From IMG/VR virus record IMGVR_UViG_3300037258_000590, positions 1 through 64,000 of that record: a stretch of DNA of 64,000 bases; one strand, 5' to 3'. This document shows positions 60,301-64,000 of the stretch, piece after piece; the stretch's first letter is position 1, and each line of letters opens with the position of its first letter. A model generated the notes under the pieces. That model was given only the letters and a program-made list of their open reading frames with translations, did no database searches and was not told the DNA's origin. Position numbers and translations under genes: made by a program.

Positions 60301-62640
60301 GCCGTTGTAGCCGATATTGAGCATGGCCGTCATGCCGTTACGTGCGCATGCGGTCAGGAAGTAATCGACCCTGGCCCAGAATGTGCTGTTCAGCCCGATC
60401 GCCGCCGAGCCCGCTACCCCGGCGGTCGTGGCTGCAGTGCCGTTGACCGTGAACGGGAACACGCCGTCCCAGGTGCGGCCGTCCGCGAAAGCGCCGCCGT
60501 TTTCTGAGTTGCCGAGCGGGTCAAGGTAGATGGCGGTGAAACCCTGACCGCCGCGGGCGTTGCAGTACGTGTCGATGTCGGTCTGGTACGTGCCCGCCCA
60601 CCGGCCCGCGTTGGGGATCAGCCCCCACGGGTTGTCGCCCAGCAAGAACCGCGGGCTGCCGTTCTGGTCAGCGAAATACCCGGTGCCGCCGCCAGCGAGG
60701 CCGGTGATGACCAGCGGGCCTTGCGTGGCGGTCAGTGACCCGGCCGCGGTCAGGGTCGCGCCCGCTGCTTGAGCCGCGGCGGTACTCAGCGATGCGGTTC
60801 CGGCGATAGCCGCGCCTGCGCCGGTCACTGCCACGCCCTGGATGGCGATGATGAGGCCCGCGCCTAGAGCGGTGCCCTGCGTTGACCAGTGCCCGGCATC
60901 GGCAAGCGCGGCGGGCCCGGCTGAGGCCTGGCTGTTGGACTGGGTGAACAGGACAGCTGCTCCGGAGGCGGGCAGCTTGCCCTGGCTTGTCCATCCAGAG
61001 CCGGTCTCAGTCCAGGTGAGCGTGGCGCTAGCGCGTTCCTGGGCGAAGACGGAAACCGCGAACTCGCCGTAGGCACCCAGGATTCCGGTGGTGATAGAGA
61101 ACGCGACGGTTCCCGTGCCGCTGCCGGTCTGCTGAACGGCAGAGACGTCAAGCGGAGACGTCAGGTTCGCGCCGGCCAGTTCATACATGAAGCAGGTCAG
61201 TACCGGGGTACCGGAGAGCGTCTGGGTGAACGTGGGCGCGGCATCGCTCCCTGCGGCGGTCTTGACCCAGGCGTCAACTACAGCCTTGGACGTGCCGGAC
61301 GGATTGTTCCCGACGCTGCCTGAAATGAGCCGGGACCAGCCTGTAGCGCTGGTGGAGATATTCGGCGTCTCCGCAGTCGTTGACCCGGCTGAGACGATAG
61401 CCAGCAGCAAGCTGCCTGCGGTCGGGGCCTGGCCGTAGACGGCGGTAAGCGGGCTCGACGTACCGCTGGCTTTGCCGGCACTGCCGACCAGTGTCACCGG
61501 CAGGTGCACAGCCAGGGTAAGCGGCTGGGTAGCCGTGGCCGCCACGCTGTCGGTCACTTCGACGGTGAACGCAGAGCCGCCTTGGCCGGAGGACGGGGTG
61601 CCGGTGACGGCTCCAGTCGATGAGTTTAGCGATGCCCAGGACGGCAGTGCCCCGGACGATACCGACCAGGTGTACGGGGGGGCCCCGCCGGAAGCGGCCA
61701 GCGTCTGGGAGTAGGTGATGCTCGTGGCTGCCGCGGGGAGCGCCGTAGTGGCTACGGCCAGCGCTGACGGAGCCTGGACTTCGAAAGCGATAGCGCCGTA
61801 GAAGTCGTTGGCCTGGGTCCAGACCAGGCTGGTGGTGCCAGCCGAGGAAGGGTTGGTGCCGGCGGCGGTGTTGCCGGCGGCGGAGTTCGTGCCGGCGTCC
61901 TTTTCGTACCGTTTGGTGCCGGTGGTGAACGCGACGCCGCCCGCTCCGCATGTCATGAACGCCAGGCACAGGTTCCCTGACGTAGTGCTGGGCACGGTGA
62001 TCGTCGCGCCGGCGACGAACTGAGCGAAGCCGGTGACGGTGGCGCTTTCTCCGCCAGACCCGGTGACGGACACCGACCCGCCGGTGATCACGTCAAACGT
62101 GGCGCCGGTCACGGTGATCGTGACGGTCTGCGCACCGGCCGCCGGGGCGTCGATCCTGAAGACTTCAACGAACCCGGCGGTGCCGGTCAGCCCGGTGAAC
62201 CCGCTGGACTGCTTGCCCATCGAGGTCATCGCCGTGCCGCCGTACGTGGCGGCTGTGGCATAGGCGGTGTCGGCAGCGCCTCCGTTGTTGCTGACGGCGA
62301 GGCCCGCGTATACCGCTGACGGCGTTCCGGCGGGGGTATGGGTCCACGTCAGCGGACTGGTGGCGCTGGAGGTGCCCGCTGAGGACGGCCCGGCGGCGTC
62401 GAACGCGACGCCTGCGCCGCCGGCGATAAGCCGGACCGGGCGCCCGGAGCGCAAATATCCGATGATCATGCCAGGGTGGCGTTCGCCGCGCCCCCAGGTC
62501 TTCAGGTAACGCCGGGTCAGCACCCAGGGAAGGACAGCAGGCGGCGGTGGCGGCCGGAACCGCCGCGGGCACGCCAAAGCCAGCATGAGGGCCAGCGAGA
62601 AGCGAAGGAGAACCCAGGCGGCTCGCGCCGGAGCAGCCAT
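57310..62640 (-). CDS. 1776-aa fibre-like protein: beta-sandwich domains, He_PIG Ig repeat, DUF4038/GH140 apiosidase-like hydrolase with C-terminal beta domain, long Ala/Gly repeat stalk
   Basis: GGAGG SD; YF....G.P.FLLGD.PW, G..GF.AI, FW.RVD......G, Y...LA.RY....IIW..GND, P.PV......Y, R...W..I.SGA.G...G, W..L.PD, DP.TG, DWVL.L; TTALP......YSQTL.ASGG.PPYTW. Confidence 0.85.
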   Translation of the reverse strand: MAAPARAAWVLLRFSLALMLALACPRRFRPPPPPAVLPWVLTRRYLKTWGRGERHPGMIIGYLRSGRPVRLIAGGAGVAFDAAGPSSAGTSSATSPLTWTHTPAGTPSAVYAGLAVSNNGGAADTAYATAATYGGTAMTSMGKQSSGFTGLTGTAGFVEVFRIDAPAAGAQTVTITVTGATFDVITGGSVSVTGSGGESATVTGFAQFVAGATITVPSTTSGNLCLAFMTCGAGGVAFTTGTKRYEKDAGTNSAAGNTAAGTNPSSAGTTSLVWTQANDFYGAIAFEVQAPSALAVATTALPAAATSITYSQTLAASGGAPPYTWSVSSGALPSWASLNSSTGAVTGTPSSGQGGSAFTVEVTDSVAATATQPLTLAVHLPVTLVGSAGKASGTSSPLTAVYGQAPTAGSLLLAIVSAGSTTAETPNISTSATGWSRLISGSVGNNPSGTSKAVVDAWVKTAAGSDAAPTFTQTLSGTPVLTCFMYELAGANLTSPLDVSAVQQTGSGTGTVAFSITTGILGAYGEFAVSVFAQERASATLTWTETGSGWTSQGKLPASGAAVLFTQSNSQASAGPAALADAGHWSTQGTALGAGLIIAIQGVAVTGAGAAIAGTASLSTAAAQAAGATLTAAGSLTATQGPLVITGLAGGGTGYFADQNGSPRFLLGDNPWGLIPNAGRWAGTYQTDIDTYCNARGGQGFTAIYLDPLGNSENGGAFADGRTWDGVFPFTVNGTAATTAGVAGSAAIGLNSTFWARVDYFLTACARNGMTAMLNIGYNGPGDFATGGALTSLTATQFGQYGAALAARYATTKNIIWMVGNDYFGNSGGTLGSGGGSPGATDTLYESLLTGLRGGGDTHIISIHNYAESDSREDLGTGTTGTVQYWGNNHAAFNGNYTYNLTYLGIEDAWGEPDPIPVIQLDGYFYQGGPLYAGGTGSTAFDRAFRQDAWHAITSGARGVVQGSESTWQWAATALAASSTDWFYANNAANIRTLVESLPGWQALMPDTASALVTSGRGSRAATFVSGGGSGQYEAATTDSFVTASRTPDSGSGSSLALIYLSHATTIGIDQAKMVSGYQAYRGDPITGAKTSVTAGSSYNSSTWGNNSQGDPDWVLILAAPTALQGIATLPARGSVATAATQSAGAALSAAGSAATAATQGAGTAFGAAASLGNAAVQDAGGLLGGAGSLAPAALQGAVTALAAAGSLASTEMLGAITALGAAGSLASAEMLGAPAGLAAAGSLAAAAAQSAGVTLGAAGSLAATAAQNAIVTLSATGSLNAVTIQGAGVTLGAAGSLGTVTIQGAGGTLGAAGSLGTVTIQGAGGTLGAAGMLATAGVLSAPAVLMAAGSAGNGAGQGAGATTGAAGSLAAASVMGSVLSGGGSLGTAAALAAPAALAAAGSLSTAVILSAGVTLGGAASLGVMAVQAALVTLSATGSLGDVATQGAAGSLGGAGALSAAGVLGAITALAAAGSLTGTPAGGAVLSGAGSLAAPAVIAGVPAVLAAAGLLAASSAVAAPAALAAAGSLTAAAVLSAITTLTAAGSLSANPASGSGLAAAGSLAAVSAIAAPAALAAAGSLGSVSVQGPGGILSSAGSLASAAALGVVTTIGAAGSLGAIPSSGSALAAAGSLASAAVPGAVTSLSATASLASGGGIAGAGLLGAAGALTAAGAAAGGAGAVLGAAGSLGSGTVLRSAAALGGIAALITLAAQQGAGALAGTARLTATGLTHPPQVKGFSTAYGVTKISVSAASVTARGTAVAGVTQPFQTFPGVS
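58649..58800 (-). repeat. Near-perfect 54-bp coding repeats (TIQGAGGTLGAAGSLGTV) within a longer degenerate 18-aa repeat region
   Basis: Direct repeats seen in DNA; degenerate copies span about 57470-59280. Confidence 0.8.
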
Positions 62641-62715
62641 TGACTTACCTCCGGTCCCGGGCAGCCTCCTGGCTAATCAAGGTCGGCGCCATCAGCCAGC
62701 TAGCCACTGCCCCGG

Positions 62716-63153
62716 TCACATACCGCCAGCAGAAATCGCCTCAGCCGCCACCTGGAATGTGTTGCCGTTGGCCACGGTGATCGGCTGTCCGTTCCAGGCG
62801 CCGAACCAGACCCGCAGCGGGGTGGAGTCCACGATCTCCAGTGACACGATGGTCCACGAGGACCCGGAGCCGTTGGTCCAGGAGATGGCGGTGGTGTGCG
62901 GGCACGTGACGTTCGACCCGGCTGAGCTGGCTGCCGACTGGGTGGAGAAGGCGGTGCCGCCTGTGGTGTACCCGGTGCCGGTCAGCTCGGTGCCTGCCGA
63001 GGAGCCGGTACTGGCCGTGGAGAACAGCTTCAGCTTCATCGCCGAGCCGCCGAGAGCGGCGAATGAGGTGCCAGGCACGCCCGAGGCGCCGGTCGGCAGG
63101 GTGGCGTTGAGGATCTTGGTCGACATGGCCGCATCCCAGGCTGTCTGCGCCAT
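62716..63153 (-). CDS. Small beta-rich virion structural protein (paralogue of 32135)
   Basis: KLKLF...GTEL...GYT.GG...AISW...TIV.LEI.D...LR.W.GA....I.V.NG.T.Q. Confidence 0.8.
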   Translation of the reverse strand: MAQTAWDAAMSTKILNATLPTGASGVPGTSFAALGGSAMKLKLFSTASTGSSAGTELTGTGYTTGGTAFSTQSAASSAGSNVTCPHTTAISWTNGSGSSWTIVSLEIVDSTPLRVWFGAWNGQPITVANGNTFQVAAEAISAGGM

Positions 63154-63158
63154 CTAGA

Positions 63159-63605
63159 TCACGCCCCCGCCGGCTGGATCACGGTACTGCCGCGCATGAC
63201 GGTGATGATCAGCGGCCTGCAGACGGTGCAGTTCCTGACGCCCTTGGCGCAGTGCGCACCTGGGCAGTCCGGCACCGTCGCGCCGGAGAACAGCGGGTGG
63301 GTGCCGGGTTCGAACAGCGGGTGATGCGCGTCGGCGGTGGCGCCCTGCCAGGTCCGGCAGCTGCCCGGTTCCGGGCACGGCTCGTCATCATGCGCGCCGG
63401 AGCAGGCGTTCGCCGCCGCGGCGTGATCATGGTCCTGGTGGCAGCAGCCGGGGTTCGTGCTGGCCGGATTGCAGGTGATGGCGGCGTCGATGCCAGCATG
63501 CGAGCAGCCGTCTTGGTGCTGGCCCGCGACGGCGAGGTAATCCGGCGGGCATGTGCACTCCAGGAATGCCTGGGTCATGCAGCCGGCACACTGAACGTGA
63601 AGCAC
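63159..63605 (-). CDS. Cys/His-rich metal-binding protein (paralogue of 32595)
   Basis: VQC..C...CCHQDHDH...ANAC...H.EPC...CTVCRP. Confidence 0.8.
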   Translation of the reverse strand: MLHVQCAGCMTQAFLECTCPPDYLAVAGQHQDGCSHAGIDAAITCNPASTNPGCCHQDHDHAAAANACSGAHDDEPCPEPGSCRTWQGATADAHHPLFEPGTHPLFSGATVPDCPGAHCAKGVRNCTVCRPLIITVMRGSTVIQPAGA

Positions 63606-63612
63606 GAGAGCG

Positions 63613-63651
63613 GGCCTTCCGGGGGGTGGATACCTCCCGGCTCACCCGCTC
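63613..63651 (-). promoter_or_regulatory. Conserved leader hairpin, copy 2
   Basis: GAGCGGGTGAGCCGGGAGG-TATCCA-CCCCCCGGAAGGCC. Confidence 0.7.
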
Positions 63652-63806
63652 GACATGCGCCAGGGTGCCTCGGCTAGCACCAGGTTACCGCAGGCCGGGC
63701 ACGGACGTCAGGCCACGCCAGCGATAGATCCCGGGCAGTGGGCGGGACCATCTCCGGTTCCGTCCGTGCCCGGTAAGGCAGCTACGTCCTGGCTGCGGCC
63801 AGGCTA

Positions 63807-64000
63807 TCAGCTGGCGCCGGGCCCGAACGGCTTCTGCCAGATCCCGTGCCGCTCGGAACTCCAGGCGTCCAGGATCGGGTACCACCCCATCGGCGGCCGG
63901 CATTCCAGGTTCGCGCACATGATCACCGCGCCCGGGTCAGCGGTGTTCCAGACCAGGGCCTCCAGCTTCGCCTGCAATGCTGTGTCGCGGAACGCGCGGT
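63807..64000 (-). CDS. 3' end of a hypothetical protein (runs off window)
   Basis: RAFRDTALQAKLEGLVW...WQKPFGPGAS then TGA TAG. Confidence 0.65.
   Translation of the reverse strand, partial: RAFRDTALQAKLEALVWNTADPGAVIMCANLECRPPMGWYPILDAWSSERHGIWQKPFGPGAS

Noticed and set aside
1-64000. tRNA, rRNA, integrase, terminase, portal or major capsid genes
   Set aside because: No cloverleaf, rRNA or matching protein motifs seen; head and packaging genes probably lie to the right of the window.

Overview
A 64-kb segment of a large, high-GC tailed phage (siphovirus-like, most likely infecting an actinobacterium). It could be a free phage or a prophage; no integrase, att site or host gene is visible. 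From left to right: (i) a leftward DNA-metabolism block (1-4243) with a Cas4/RecB-like 4Fe-4S exonuclease carrying two LAGLIDADG inteins, one starting with a non-nucleophilic Gly, plus a (ACTGAG)17 microsatellite just upstream of the next gene's RBS; (ii) a long rightward early/accessory region (4351-28252) of tightly coupled small genes, including an Lsr2-like protein, an XRE-HTH / Lsr2-like / RNA-polymerase alpha-CTD fusion, DUF932, DUF6283, a MerR-like HTH, a lipoprotein and a macrodomain; (iii) a cell-wall enzyme block (28303-32084) with NlpC/P60, LysM-transglycosylase, a permuted papain-like amidase and two membrane proteins; (iv) a leftward virion-morphogenesis region (32135-64000). Region (iv) contains a 1776-aa glycoside-hydrolase-bearing fibre-like protein, a head-tail adaptor, tail terminator, an intein-containing papain-like peptidase, a frameshifted CgeB-type glycosyltransferase, an antisense endonuclease cassette, tail tube, tail assembly chaperone with a probable -1 frameshift, a 2031-aa tape measure protein and Gly-rich tail tip proteins. 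A two-gene module (Cys/His-rich protein plus small structural protein) occurs twice, each copy preceded by the same hairpin-forming leader. All family assignments come from motif recognition by eye; no database search was run.
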